A stretch of 64,000 nt of DNA from Nemertoderma westbladi (lineage: Eukaryota; Animalia; Xenacoelomorpha). Made by a program: the position numbers and the translations under genes. Of this stretch, positions 49,658 to 64,000 are shown in pieces. The notes below the pieces were generated by a model. It had not been told where the DNA came from. It did not search any database and saw nothing but the letters and a program-made list of their open reading frames with translations. Location: assembly GCA_032718475.1 (NCBI GenBank), contig JAUCBJ010007204.1, forward strand, positions 62,001-126,000, read 5' to 3'. Numbering within the stretch: position 1 is the first letter of the stretch; every line of letters starts with the position of its first letter.

Positions 49658-50904
49658 TGTTTGCGCTTTTAAGACCTTTGACAGTTTAACCTGCCAAATT
49701 AGGATGTCTTTTAGATGATATATAGTCTTTAGCCTATGACGAGTATTTGATACATTACATTAGCCGAAGCCAGTCTATGCGCAATCATTCACCCGTTGGA
49801 TATACCCGGGAGACTGAGTTCGGAGCTTAATGATTGATGGTGTAAGCCTACTGTATTATTCGACTGATCGTAATATATAATCTCTGACTAATATTATTCA
49901 CTTTCGGGAAATATTAACAGTTCCTTTAGGACGTGGCGCTCTAAATATATAAACAGAGTTATGGTTTAAACTAGACACAACGAAAAGGCTATAGATTTAC
50001 GTATATGGCGCATTCTTTAGGAGATGCTTTGTTATCAGTTACGATCATACACAATGCTGCACAATACTGCACACTAATCTGCCGACCTTCACTAAATTTG
50101 GTCACGTATAAAGAGAGCAACATACAATTTATGTTGGGCATATGAAATAGCATTAGATTCACTTCAAACCACTTAACATAGGTCGCAATCGTTTATCTGT
50201 AACCGGTCTCTCTAACCTTTAGTATATCAAGAAGGTGGGGTGTCTGACTATTGATCAGTATTCCGATATAATATTTCATCAACCAATATAATGAATAACC
50301 GACAGTAAAAGCAGTAATATCAAGGTATAAATGATTATTAAGTGAATGAGTTAACTCGGTAACTCGCTTGTGCAAATCGTTTGATAACAGATATACGTTC
50401 TATAATTAAGCCTACTAATGTAAGACTAAAGACTGAAAACACGGAGGTGCCAAAAGCCGGTGTTCTTAGGCTCTGGGCAAAAACATAACACTGAACTACT
50501 GAGTTCTGTATCCACCTCCAACACAGAGTCAAAAAACGCTCTGATTGGTCAACCGAACAACGAGAGAACAAAGAAACAAAGAAATGTCGACGTGGCAATA
50601 TCAGCTGTTAGCCGTCGTCATGGTAGCGACACTGTTTTCAAGAGTATCTAGCTTATCGCGTCACGAGATTGCGGATTATGTCCTCTAAAGTACAAATACA
50701 GAAGAAATGACTTTTATGTCCTCTAAAACACCAGTACAGCAAGGACACGGCCTTTTTATGCCTGGTAAACCAACTACAGAGTACTTTAAGGGAAAATAAC
50801 CGGTTAATGACGCAAAAGCTTTTACACCGCTCCCAGAAAATGGGATTTAAGTCTATAAAATATAACAAATCACAGTTTCTAAAATATAAAAATACTCTAA
50901 ACAG

Positions 50905-53900
50905 TTAGTCTTTCTTACGCGGACGGCGTTTACGCAGTTTTTTGAGGCTAGCAAGAGTCCTTTTCTCTTTGGGGCGAGCCACTTTACTAGGAGGGCTGTA
51001 ACTCCTGGGTGAAGGGTGCAATACAATTGCATCAGAAGGTTTCGGATTGCGATCGGTGTATCCGCCGGTCGAGGTACCTGGTTGATCGATATCAACTTCC
51101 GTGGAGCGAGGTCTAACAGCCTTTAGGGCGCGCCTCAGGACAGCAGCTCCTACGGGTCCTTGACGGGTTGTCTGGGCAATGGCGGTAGGCGGACCGTGGG
51201 TGGTAAGAAACTTCCTTGGTTTAATAGTTCTTTCCAGCTCGCGTTCTCGGGCTCGATATTCGTAGGGCCGTCGAGATACTTCCTGCAACTCAGGGTGCGA
51301 GTTGATAAATAAGTCGCCATACTCAGGGTCTTGACGGATATAATTGATCAAATGGTATGAAGTAATATCGTTAGGATTGACGTTCCTAAGGTATCTTCTA
51401 ACAAATTTAGTGGAAATACACTCACCAACACGCTTCATTAGCTCGTAACTCGGTACGCGTGTTTTTTGTTCCACAGACGCTAATAAATAAGGATGGAACG
51501 CGTAAACTCCCTCGTAAGAGCGTCCAGGGTAGTATCGATGACGGGACTCACAATGTAAATCCGCGTTCGCTTCCCAAGCTCGAATGTAGCGCAGGGTAAT
51601 CATTTCATCTACGCTCTCTAAATCGTGATTAAAGGGGCAATTATAACTGGCATGTCCTTTAAGTTGACAGTGGTGGCATTGAGTCATAAATTGGGGGCAG
51701 ACTGCAAAAATATGAGAGTTATTAAGTCTGCAATACGCACAATATATCTCCATCATTGGTTGTTCGTGGAAATAGGAACAGGGTACGTCTGAGTCCATAG
51801 GAGTGAAATGGTCTCTCGATGCGCATAATCGACAACGTTTTCGAGAAACATAGTTAGCGTGTCGATAATCGTATGCGGTGAGACATTGTGGACCTTGATA
51901 CCACTCTAAGACGTAGTCGTTATCGCTGCTCCGGGGCGCTGTAGGCTGAATCGCTTCAGCTTCTAAGCATATTGGTTCGTCTTCCAATTGCATAGCTGAG
52001 GTAGGTGCGGCTGTCTCCGCAAGCGGACCCACTGTCTGAACTTCGACGACAGAATAACCCGTGGGTATTCGGGGTCTTTGTATAACAGATGAGTGCAAGT
52101 TCTGTATACAAACGTCCTGAAAAAGGGCAAATCCCGCGCTGTTTAGCTTCTCCGCCGCTGAGTCTCTCAGGCTGAGTTTGGTCAGAGCGCGGTCCTTGAA
52201 CTGACTATCAACGTTACGGAACGGAGTCAGAAAGCGCCTGAAACATTCAAAGCGGATGAATTTATTGTGTTCATCTAACTTGGCGAGTTTGGTTCCAAGT
52301 ATTAAGGGATGGGCGCGTATGGTACGACTGCACACATCGGCTAGCCAACCGGCAAGTGCTGCGTTTTCAAAGATCGTGTATATAGCTAAGGAGGGACGAA
52401 GTGGAACACTCATAAAGCTATACACGGCGCCAGGTGCGGTCAATGGTCCATCAAAGTATAAACGAGAATAATGATCTCCGTATACTTGTTGGTAATTTAT
52501 AGGATTTCCAACCTTGAAATTCCATCCGTATTCTTGAAAGGCAAGATGTCCGATGGAGGTTCGTTGTACTTTAGTAATTCCGCTGGGTGTATTGGCATAC
52601 GTAGTGCGGAAGAAACCTCGGCCTTCTGCCCAAGGAGCAATCAGCTGAGTATCAACGAAGGGGTATGGAATGTTCTCCATATTCCGAAAGTCGTTCTGTA
52701 GGTCTCCATAAACAGCTGAGCCGATTTTAAGGATTCCTTCGTTAAACAGCATCTCGAGCACGGGTTGGGGTAACATCGATCCATCGATACCCATGGCCGG
52801 CTTGCGCTCGGTGTCGGTGACGTAACGCTGCGCGAGTTCAAATTGTCCATGTCGGAGTTTCTTTTGTGTCTCAGTAAGAGTTTCAAAAGAATAATCAATA
52901 ACGTCGGAACACGCTCGAGTAAATACGTGGGTAGAACCAGCGAGTCCTCGTATGTGTATCATCCGCGTAGTTCCAAGTTCTCCAACCGGAACGCTACCTT
53001 CGTTATCGTAAGTGACAACTCCATACATCTCGATAACGTTAAGAGTTTCGTTCCACTCTTTAGTGGCGTTTTCGAGTGTCATTCCCACAGGATGCCACAA
53101 GGTAGCACATTCGCTAGCATTAGGCAGGTCTTTATACTTTAAATATTGTGTGGTATATGTTTCCACATCTCCATATCGTTGTATTCTTTCCTCCTCGAAT
53201 AACACATCAAGATTCCAGTGCACTAAACGAGTTTTGATGAATCCATCAAGATTATACGGAGGTATTGTTTCTTTCTCTATTCTGGAAACATTATATGGTT
53301 TTCGAAACGAGTTTACTTTAACTAACTGATCCAGATGTTTCTGCAGTTGTTCGAGTTCGACAAGATCGAGAGGATTTATTAACGGTAGAAACTTCAGACT
53401 ATGTGTAGGATCTTCCGGTTTTACCATGTAATATTGTTTTAGATTGACGTAATAAGGGTGATCTTTGATCCCATAAAACGAGTCCGGTAAAGGTCTAGCG
53501 CGTATGTTTACATCGTGTACCATGCGACGGACAAGATCTGCTCTATTGTCCGGAGGTTCAACGAGTATACCATCGACACGAGCGGGTTCGATGGGCGGAC
53601 GCTGCAACAGAGGAGCGTCGGCGATAAGATCGCGAGATCTTAGGTTGATATCAACCGGTTGGGGTTGTGCCGTCGCAAAAAGTTTGTCTCCGAAATGGGG
53701 AACCATCGAGGGATGAAGAATGGTTTTAGAGTAGAGATCCGTCATAAGGATTTGCGCTTCGGGTTGAGCTAAAGCCGCTTCTTCTCTCTCATCCAGTTCT
53801 ATATGTCTCTCCTCGAGCTGATTCTCCTCCGCTTGTTGTTGTAGACGCTCATCTAGAAACTCTTGTAAAGAGTAGGTTCGTCCACGTTCGATGTCCTCCT

Positions 53901-54319
53901 CGAGATTTTGTATTTCTCTATCGAACTGGGGTAAAGCTAATTCCTTCACCGCTTGGACTTGTTGCTGCAATTTACGCTTCTCCAAACAATCGTACGTTCC
54001 CTTTCCGTTGGGTATGATATTTAAATAAAACCATTTCCCTTTCAGTATCCACATCGTCCGTGTCGTGTAAATCGATAGGATGGCTGGTAGTTAAGAAGTC
54101 CATATACGTACCATTACGATGCGTATAGCGAGCGGTGAACTTTCTATAGTCCAATTCACGCGTAAGTTGCTCCGGGGACATCGGCGGTTCGATATAACGA
54201 CCATCATCCTCCGTAGTAGTTGGACCAGCGTCGCCGCGTATCAAGCTATCGACAAACGCTTGTAAAGGTAGAGTATATCGCTCCCTGATGCCAAGATCAT
54301 CTTCTATCAACTCAGTCAT
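50905..54319 (-). pseudogene. ORF3 of copy B (DEDDy exonuclease plus Zn knuckles); ~850-bp internal deletion near 54005 shifts the frame, then ~1030 aa open
   Basis: ATG at 54319 matches 30441. The deletion joins YHTQR to KGTYDCL at CGGAA microhomology. All exonuclease motifs are retained. Confidence 0.8.
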
Positions 54320-55962
54320 ATCTGCTATGAGTTTATCAATATTATAATGAGTCTATATATATTAGGCTAGCGGGCGTCGCTGCCTACCCCTCTTTTGCCC
54401 CCGGACAGTGTAAGATCCTCAGCGCCGATGTACCGTCGTCGCTGTGCTTTCGCCAACGATGTAGCTACACAACGACAACGATAACCGGCACAAGTCACTT
54501 AACTGTCCGTCCCAAAGGCTTAGATGTACTGCAGGTTCTTCTTGGAGAGTTAGGGTTACTTTCACAATTGCGACTCGCTACTGTAAACACACCTTAGTAG
54601 TAACATTCACCTACAAACGCACAAATTCAACACAACTGCAACAAACTGCACACATTCGGGCCATTTGTCCGTTAGTCAGTACCTTCCAGAATGTCACTGT
54701 ATTTATTATGTATCCTTGGATACTAGCAGTGCGCTATTTATTCCCTATGCTATTCAATGGGGCATGCTTTCTATTGTTCTTTTAACTCACTTCTAATTCT
54801 AGCGTGGTTGTTGCCATGGTGACATTATGGAAAGCTAGCGGTAGAATTAGGGTAATTCTCATGCATACAGATCTGGGATGCTATTTAATAGTAATTCTTT
54901 AATGGTCAATATCCCCTTTATACATGATTCTATGAATTTTATCGGCTATTGACTATACATTGGAGATTCTCGCACACAAATACACTTAATAGAGTGAATC
55001 TCCGCTCCCATGATCTATTAATTAATGGAATTTTGGGAATGTTATAAATTGTACAAAATGACAATTTATTAAATTCATTGAAATATCTGAATTTAAATTT
55101 ATTCCCGTAAATTTTATTATTTAATGTTAAATAGACACAATTTTATTCCAGAACGTGTCTGGGGACTGGGATCCTTGATTCTAGGAATTTTGTCCTTTTA
55201 AGAGTATCGGTAAGTGCTACGATATCTTAATCGACTAGAATTTTAAAGGATCTGATATTTGACAGATTTTGTAAATATTAATAATTAATATTTAGGATGG
55301 GCACCAGTTTATTCCAGAACTTGTCTGGGGACGTTAACCATTGATTCTAGAAATTTGTCTTTCAAGTATATCGGTGGGTGCCGCGATATCTTAATCGACT
55401 AGAATTACAGATGGTCAAAGGGTTTAACAGATTTATTTTGCGTTATACGCTACTGTTAAAGGGACATCACGCTACTATATGTATTATTTAATATACGGTA
55501 TGAGAGCAATATCGCACGAAGCAATGTCAGTGTGAAGAGGCAAGTCGTTTCCAAGGTCTACCCAGAGCTTGGTTTAGCCGAGACACGAGGATCTGAACTT
55601 TGCATTCCTAATACTCTGCCTACCAATAATACTTAAATATAGTAGTGGCTTTATTGTACTTTAATAAGTACGGATATTTCATCTTACTGTAGTCACGTAT
55701 TTATAATATGATACGGACAGTAAGGAAAGAGAAAAATAATTATTTCTCGCCGTCGCACTAAATATATATTATAAGTAATTACGTACGTAATAAACACTAA
55801 TATATTGCACTAATCTACTAAATGATCACTAAAATAACATGTTACTAAATAAAATTAAATAAAACGATTAAAATAAAATTACATAATAATACATACATAA
55901 ATATAAAAATAAAACAAATACAAATATAAAATAATATGGTCACACACCCACTCCAGCCGTTG

Positions 55963-58900
55963 TTAAGTTGGGGAGTCCCTAGATGTTTGTTGGATTAGGG
56001 AGGTGGTCGTGGGAAGAGTATCTTGTCTCCCATAGTTTCCGGAGAGTTCTCTGTCTCTTTCCAGTAAACATAAACGACCCACTGGGCGATTGAGCTGCTG
56101 CGTCTCGAAGACAATTCCCGGTTTCTTGAAGTTACGTCGCATGACGACGAGTTCTACCGATCGCACCAAACCGTCATCCGAGATGTGTGTCTCGATTATA
56201 CGACCTGTCTGCCACCTCTTACGTGGAAGATCTACATCCACAATAAGAACCATGTCTCCAGCGCTAACGTTTTCTTGCTGCGCAAACCACTTAGTTCGAA
56301 GTTGTAGCGTGGGCAGATAATGTTTTTCGAAATGGTCAGCGAAACGACGGGATAACAACTGCATGAGTTGCCAAGTTTGTCGGCAGTATTCGTCTCCGTC
56401 TGTGATTTCCGATTGTGGGAGCATGGCTACAGGTTTCTTCAGTAGGAAGTGCGCGGGTGTTAGCGCCTCCAGGGAATCGGGACTCGATGAGACTGGCATA
56501 AGCGGTCTCTCGTTGAGATAGGCGGCGATTTCTTCCATTAACGTCCGCAAAAGTTCGTCGGTGAGATAAGCGCGGCAAGGCACTATAAAATGAAATGCCG
56601 TCTTCACACTTCTTATTAATCTCTCCCAACTTCCTCCCCACCAAGGGGCGTCGGCGGCGTTGAAGGTCCAACTAGACGCTGTTACTCGTAGTTGGTCGTC
56701 CACCTGTCTTTGGTTCCAATCTTTGACGTAAGCTTTGATTTCATTGTTGGCACCAATGAAGTTTGTTCCCTTATCAGATCTCATCGTGTTACTAGTGCCA
56801 AAGCGAGCGATCTGTCGTCGTAAGCTTAATAGAAAGCTGTTGGTAGATAAATCGTTCACCATATCGAGATGGATGGCTCTACAAGTCATACAAACAAAGA
56901 TTACACACCATCTCTTGACTATAGTCCTAGCACGATATACTTCAATAGGGCCAAATAAATCCACACCGGTATTAGTAAAGGGTGGTTCATAAAAGCTTAC
57001 TCGTTCCCTAGGTAATTCTGCCTCTCTCTGTGTTAAAGGCCTACTGAATGCTTTCCTACAGGGTATACAGTTCCTAAGAACTTGGTTCAGAGCTCTACGG
57101 GCTTTATAAAAATAATAGCGAGTTCGAATTTCGCTAAGAACTCGTTCTCTACCAGCATGATAAAGTTTGCTGTGAACATCTACAATCATCTTGACTTGTA
57201 TTTCAAGATTTCTAATGAGTATGGGGAACTTAGTATCAAAGGATAATGGGGCATTCGTTAACCTTCCTCCAACACGTATCAACCCATCTATCATTGTGCT
57301 AGAGAAACGATCCCTTAAGCGCATCTGTGGATTTCTCAACAACAGGAAATACTTATCGGAATCTTCATAGCATTGTAAGAGTCTCAGCATCTGTTTGTTG
57401 GTTTCTTCATGCTCCTGATAACTGATCTTCTCCTTCAGAAACTTGTCGGGTACCTTATATTTGGGAATGTCTTTAATAACATGGACCTGCACTGATGTGA
57501 TTGGAGCGGTATCACCCTTTGTTTTCATCCCAGAGTAGTGATGGTGAAAACATCTCTTTAAATATGTAACGGCCTTACAGAGTCGATTCCAGGAACTGTA
57601 GTGATGTATCGCTCTCTGCAGAAGTGGTGAGAGTCCTTGCGAGACGTCTGGTATGCCAGATTTCCAATCTTTATCACGGATTTCCACAATGGGTTTATTT
57701 GTGGCTGTGGGTTTCTGATCCAAAGCGTCGTCTCCGGAAGTATGTAGTACAGACAGATCTACTGTGGGTTTGAATAACTTCGATTTACTCGCCTGAGTTT
57801 TAGGTTTGACTTTCTCCGCTCCCTTGGCCTGTCTAATTTCTGCTGTAGTAAGATGAGGAGGCCATTCTTCTTCTTCTTTGTAGAGGAAGTCGGGTCCACC
57901 TAACCAGTCTGGAGTATCTACCAGTTCTTGTGGAGTTGCTCCCCTGGAAGCGATGTCCGCTGGATTAATCGTTCCGGGGCAATGTCTCCATTGATCCATC
58001 GTCGTGCGACTGAGTATAATAGCTACTCTGTTGGTAACGAAGACGCTGAACTGACAGACTTCATTGGTTATATACTCCAACACGAGTAAAGCGTCGGTCC
58101 AATAGACAGTTTTCTCCAGGGGATAGTCGATCTGTTCTGTTACATTCCGGCCGATGGCTGTAGCGTATAGAGCCGCTTTTAACTCCGCTTGAGGAACTTT
58201 CAACTTGTTGTTTATCAATGCCTTAGAGGTAACCAAGGCAACTTTGATTCTGTCCGGAGTTTCCACCCTTAGGTAGGCTACTATACCTATTCCCATATCG
58301 CTGGCGTCTCCAAACACATGGAGTTGATATGAATACGTAGGGAGAACATGACCAAAATATGAACGGGAAATTATGAAGTTTTCGATGGCTGGTAGAGAAT
58401 CTTCCCATTTCATCCACTTCTTTAATAATTCTCCCTTAAGTGGATCGTCCCATGAGTGGCTTTCAAGCCACATTTGTTGTACTAAACTCCGAGCAATCAA
58501 TATAACTGGGCTAATAAATCCCAATGGATCGAAATAAGTGCTCAGGATACTTAAACAAATCCGTTTAGTCCGAACTGGATTATCTCGCTGTTTTAGTTGG
58601 AAAAACAGGATATCTCTTTCTGTGTCCCATTTCAAACCAAGGGTCTTAGTTTCTGGGAGATCATCCTTTATTAGATCTAGGTCTTTTGTTCCTCGATCTT
58701 CTACCGGGATCGACTCCAGAAACTCACGGGAGTTGCTGGTGAATTTAGTTAATCGAAATCCACCTTTCTTTAAGCATTCTACCGTTCCTTTAGCGACCTC
58801 AATGGCTTCTTCTACTGATGGAAGGGACTTCAGATTATCGTCCATGTAGATGTCTCGTTTGATATTGTCGATCACTTCTTTAGAGAAGGCGTCTCGGTTG

Positions 58901-61900
58901 TCATCCGCAGTGGTGCGCACCACGGAACAGGCGTTTGAAGGGCTCGAGATTATCCCAAAAGCTTGGATGGTCATCCAATACTCCACAGGTTTCTTATTGA
59001 GGTCTCCTTCAGGCCACCACAAAAATCGTAGGCTATCTCGATCCCTATCCAGCGCTTTGACTTGTAAGAACATGCCTTCTATATCTGAGGCGAAAGCAAT
59101 GGAGTATTGTCTTAATCTTAGTAGTATTCCCAACAAGGATTGGAGTAAGTTGGGTCCGGGTAACAATTCAGAATGGGTCCGGGTAACAATTCAGAATTAA
59201 GAGATTGGCCCATATAAAGGGCGGAACCGTCAAACACCACTCGTACTTCATGGGGTTTACCGGGTTTGGGAACGTAATGGTGAGTTAAATAATACGTTCT
59301 CTCAGTTATGGGTGTTTCTTCCGGTACTAGCTCCGCATATCCCTTGCTAATAAACTTCTTCAACTGTGTTTGATATATTTCTTTAGCTGAAGAATTTGCC
59401 GTAAGGCGTCGATGTAGTTGAGCAATTCTTTTCTCCGCCAAAGGTCTGTTGTTAATGAACTTTGGTTCTCGCTTTCGGAAAGGAAGTCCGATCTCATACC
59501 TACCTTGATCTTTAAGAAAACAAGTAGTTGTCGCTTGGATCTGCTTGGCTCTTTCTTCCTCCACCGATAGGGCCTTATCGTAGGAGTTGGGCTCTACGAC
59601 CTCTTGAGTAAAGAATCTCACGGCGTGTTCATCCCGAGTCTTGGCATTATAACGTTCAATGACGTCATTAAGCTCATCGTTATAGTCGTCTCGCTCAGAT
59701 GGGAGAAGGAGTTGACATAAGTTCACTTGATTTTGCCAAGTCTCGCTTTCCTTAAGGAGATCGATGGCATTCTCCTCATCAAAAAGTTGATGTATATCGT
59801 CGTTGTCTGAGGAGTATGGAGTTCCCTCAGTTGGATCGTCGAACTCACTGTTCTCAACTTCCCATTCTCGCGCTTGATATACCTGATCTTTCGGTAATCT
59901 TTCCATGAGAGTTCTACGGGAAGGGCCAGTAAAGTACCAACCTACTCTAGTTCTTCCCGCATAAACTTGTAGAGGTTGCGGTTGAGCAGGTCGTTTCTCC
60001 AATGTCTCGAGCGCTTCATGCGCATTTTGACCGATGAGTATTTGCACTCCAGGATAATCTGTCTGGAATCGAGGTATCTTAAGATGTTGGATGCTCTCAT
60101 CCTCGTCCCAATTATAAAGGTCTGCTTGAGTATTAGCGAAGTTCTTTATAGCCACCATTTTCACTGACCTTATGCTATGTTCTCCTAGTTCGTCCTGGGG
60201 GGTGGACAACGCACCTACATAATAATCCGCGGTTACTGTGGATTTCCAAACTTGCATAATTCCTGACATTTTTAGCTTAGTTCGGAACTTGGGTTGTCCA
60301 GCGAATATGTCTTCGGCTAGCTCTTTGTCGATGAATGTTCCTGTACTACCGGAGTCAAGGAGGGCGTTCACTACATAACTCCTTTTTGGTCCGTGGACCC
60401 TTACCTGTACCACAGGAAATTCTCTAATCCCTACATTGGAAGTTGGCGCTTTCCAAGATGGTTGTCGATCAGAAGTAGTTAGAGCGAGGTCAATGTCTGT
60501 ATCTTTTTCATAAATGAGTGCTCGATACACTGTGGTATTTATCATGTAACAGGATTCGTTTTCGTCGGAGAACTCGTCTGTATAGAATCCTTCCATCTCA
60601 GATTGATCAGTGTCGTTCACATCACTGAACTGGACATGTAGTTCGGAATCACTTACCTGACTCGGACTATTTCGCTCGAATTCAGTGTGCAACAAGATAT
60701 GATGTTTCGCACCGCACTTGGCACATCTTGTGTCAGAGTAACAGGTTCGCCGTTGGTGTCCATGTCTGAGGCAATTATAACACAACCGCTTATCCCACAT
60801 GACTTCACGTCTCTCAGTTAATGATTTCTTTAGAAATTCATCACACATATTCAAGCGATGGGTCCCATCACATAGCGCACATTTCGGTTTGATGTTACTC
60901 ACCTTACTTTGCGTAACATTGTGCACACTTGCTTTTTCTTCGGGCTTTCTCACCTGAATTCTCTTGGGAGACGTAGGAGGAGTTTTTCTTACCTGTTCTC
61001 TCTTGTCATTTGTTCGAGTCATAGTCACTATGAATATAATCAACTTACAATGAGTAAACTAATAACAACTATATATGGATAATATATGACCTATCTATAC
61101 ACGAATATATTTCGTACAGTTGTTCATCAAATTTAGCCTGGTTCGTAGCCCTCATTTCCACATCGATGGCATCCAACACACGCTGGGCTCCTTCACTATT
61201 AGGGCTAAGCCCCTCTAACCTTCTCCTCAACTCTTCATCACCTAAAAAACGTTGATAGTCTGACAGATAGATGTCAATGGCATCCCTCTTATGCGGTTTC
61301 TCTGCCATCACTTCACTTTCCACTTGGGAAAAAGTAGCGTCTGTTGATTCTCCATAGGTTGAGCGCTCCTCCAGCTGAGCTTTCCACTGAGCTGTTCCTT
61401 GAACCTGGCGACTCACCCGTTGAAACCAAGTCTTTACGGCAACTTGCAACGACGTGTCTTGTCTTCTTTTAGAAGCCTCCTCAAAGGCAGATAAGATTAG
61501 TCTGATTCGCAGAATTCTTTCTCTAACTTGATAAAGCAGTTGTCCCTGCTCTTGAGGTCCTTGAGGTTGTTGAAACAGTTGTTTTTCTACTCTCTCCATA
61601 GAGCTGAAGAATCCCTGTGCGTATCCGGCTGCGGACCTCTTCCACACAGCTGGATCGATGGTTTCCTTGGCTACTCCCATCCGGTGTATGTCTTCCCAGG
61701 CAGCTTCTGATAAAACAAACGGGAGTCCGGGTCCGGGGAAGTTCCATTGCGACTCGACCATAGACTTCAGTTCTTCCCTTGTGTATCCCTCATAACTATC
61801 TTTAGTTGATCGCTTACTTCTCGCCCAATCGATCTGGTGTTCTTCCACCGCGATCAATAACCTAGTGAGTACGGCTGCAGGAAGGATGAGAAGGGGATCC

Positions 61901-62235
61901 GAATAAACCGCATCCGTCGTCCTTGCTCCGCGCTCGGGTGTCAGCTCTACAGTATCTTCACTACTGGAGCTGTCGGGCCGCTGAGAAATAAGTTCTTGGC
62001 TCGCGGGTTGTTGCTGTTCCGCTGCTTCTTGGTCCCGCTTGACCTGAGCTCGAGTGCCTATGATAGACCTACGACGTTGGACCAGCCTATGTTCTGTTAT
62101 TACTACTGGAGGGATGACCTTCCTCACAGTGGGAGGTGAACTGAACTTAGGACTAGATGGTTCTACACCTCTATCTGAGTCGCAGATAGTTACATCTAAT
62201 AAACTGTCTGACAGGTTCTGCTTAGTATCAGACAT
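55963..62235 (-). pseudogene. gag-pol of copy B; internal gag deletion (~61010-61115) and a 23-bp tandem duplication frameshift (~59151-59196)
   Basis: ORFs 62235..61069, 61043..59118 and 59166..55963 align to copy A. TGGGTCCGGGTAACAATTCAGAA is duplicated. Confidence 0.93.
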
Positions 62236-64000
62236 GTTTGTTTACACAGTTGAATGTCCACTGCTATATTACAGTCTAAGCAAGTCTAGTAGTTCAGCAC
62301 CAACTGCTAGCCTAATAATTAATCACCGATACTGCCACTCAGTGTAGCGTGATATATATATAATATTAGAATACCGGTATGCTTATGGTATATATAAGTA
62401 TAATTATTAACTAGAATTAATTACAGAATACCGGTATGATTTCAGCTTAAGTTTATGAACATAAAGATAATAAGCCTATTGTAAATACCGGTATATCAAT
62501 TATTTTAAATAACTGAATTTCTGAATTTTAAGGGTTACTTGGTTACTTTAACTTACTTTATTACCGTTATTTAAGCAGTGGTCCAACTGATATTGAGACC
62601 TAGTTGTTGTATGGCAGGCCTACTATTTATAAATCGTTTGAGTTGATTTATAATATATATATACCCGTTTAATGGGTTTTGTCAATGTTTGAAATAAATG
62701 TTATTATTTCTGGGGGAGTCACTACACATAAGCTGTGCGCTCTCAGTGGAGTGCTACTTGTTAGACATTAAAACAAATAATTCTAATTTACCTAAGTTAC
62801 TTAATACTACAAATTACGTACAATTCGGGTTGAGATTACAATCTCTAAATAAACACAAAAATTTAATTACAAATACACAAATACAAATTTTTAGGGTAAT
62901 TTTACAAGAAGTCTACTAACCAGCCTAACAAAGGGTTAGAATATCTGGTTATTACAACGGACAGGTTACTACGGTATTTGAAAATAATAAGTAGTAGTAA
63001 ATATACTGCGTTGTCCAGATAGGAAAATACCACCGTCTGACGACCTATAACCGTATCGCTATAGGTACTACGTTATGTATCACGGAGTGTCCCTACCTAG
63101 AAGTTAATTACCGCGGTCTACCAGAACCAACGTGCCTATTAACCACTTTACAACACATATACACTGCCTACACACTAATTGCTTTCGGAAAGCACTGTAC
63201 ACTAAACCCTAAATTAGGTACAAGTACTTGTACAACAAATAATTAGTAGTTAAAAATACTTGAACAGCTAAAAGAACCACGGTATCTGCCGGAGTGACCA
63301 AAGCACAAAATCTCCAGTCTTTACCTACGCCGAGCAGCCCTGATGTAGTACCGGGGTTAGTTTAACTATAACGGTATGTATAACAAACACAATTACTGTA
63401 GGAATAAACTTGGGGATATGAATGTTGCGAATAATAGCATAAACTCTGAATAATAAATATTACGCTACGCGTACAAACTACTCAAACAAAATGCAGACCA
63501 AATACTGACAGACTACTATCAAGCCTAAACAAACTACGGTATATGCAGACTCCGAAATGGTTAAGTAGTATGCGTTCTAACCCAGTAGTATGACTTATTC
63601 TTTAGATGGGGGTTTACCTTACAGCTATGGCTGCCCCTACTTCCTAACCGTTCTTTATCGGACAGATGCTTTACACACACCGAAATTTCCTCAAACCCAA
63701 CAGCAGCCAGACAACTATCCAGCCTACAAATTATCTAAATAAAATTATACGCTACCCGTACAGACTACACAAACAAAGTACAGACTAAACGATGGCAGAC
63801 TACTATCAAGCCTAAATAAACCACAGGACATGCAGACTCCGAAATGGTTAAGTAGTATGCGTTCTAACCCAGTAGTACGACTTATTCTTTAGATGGGGGT
63901 TTACCTTACAGCTATGGCTGCCCCTACTTCCTAACCGTTCTTTATCGGACATACACTCTACATGCACTGCAATCCGTTCAGACCTAATCAACAGTTAGCC

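Larger units (their letters stand above)
49658..64000 (-). mobile_element. BEL copy B (diverged subfamily), 3' LTR 49658-50826; 5' end lies beyond the window
   Basis: Minus-strand LTR TGTAAAAGCTTTTG...AAAAGCGCAAACA. PPT, ORF3, spacer, pol, gag and leader are all colinear with copy A. Confidence 0.93.

Overview
AT-rich eukaryotic DNA, probably from an invertebrate animal. It opens with exons of a host C2H2 zinc-finger repressor gene (PXDLS motif). The rest (~55 kb) is a nest of transposable elements. Contents: a CR1/L2-group LINE; three copies of one long BEL/Pao LTR-retrotransposon family (A: 9330-36066 +; C: partial, 47529-49657 +; B: diverged copy nested in C, 49658->64000 -); a LINE inserted in the leader of copy A whose ORF1 carries a Ulp1/SUMO-protease domain; a TIR element with 8-bp TSD that holds a young gag-only LTR element; and several MITE/Helentron-like elements. 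The best candidate for an undescribed system is the BEL/Pao family, for three reasons. (1) It has no tRNA PBS. The 11 nt after the LTR are instead complementary to an 11-mer inside its own LTR, with a compensatory change between copies, which suggests Tf1-like self-priming. The separate gag-only element shows the same arrangement with 9 nt. (2) In the env position it carries a ~1400-aa ORF3 that I read as a DEDDy (WRN/Mut-7/EXD-like) 3'-5' exonuclease with zinc knuckles and an NLS, conserved between copies. (3) ORF3 follows a 1.6-kb noncoding spacer that looks more conserved than pol and has covarying stem-loops and a possible pseudoknot. All family assignments come from motifs read by eye; no database searches were run.
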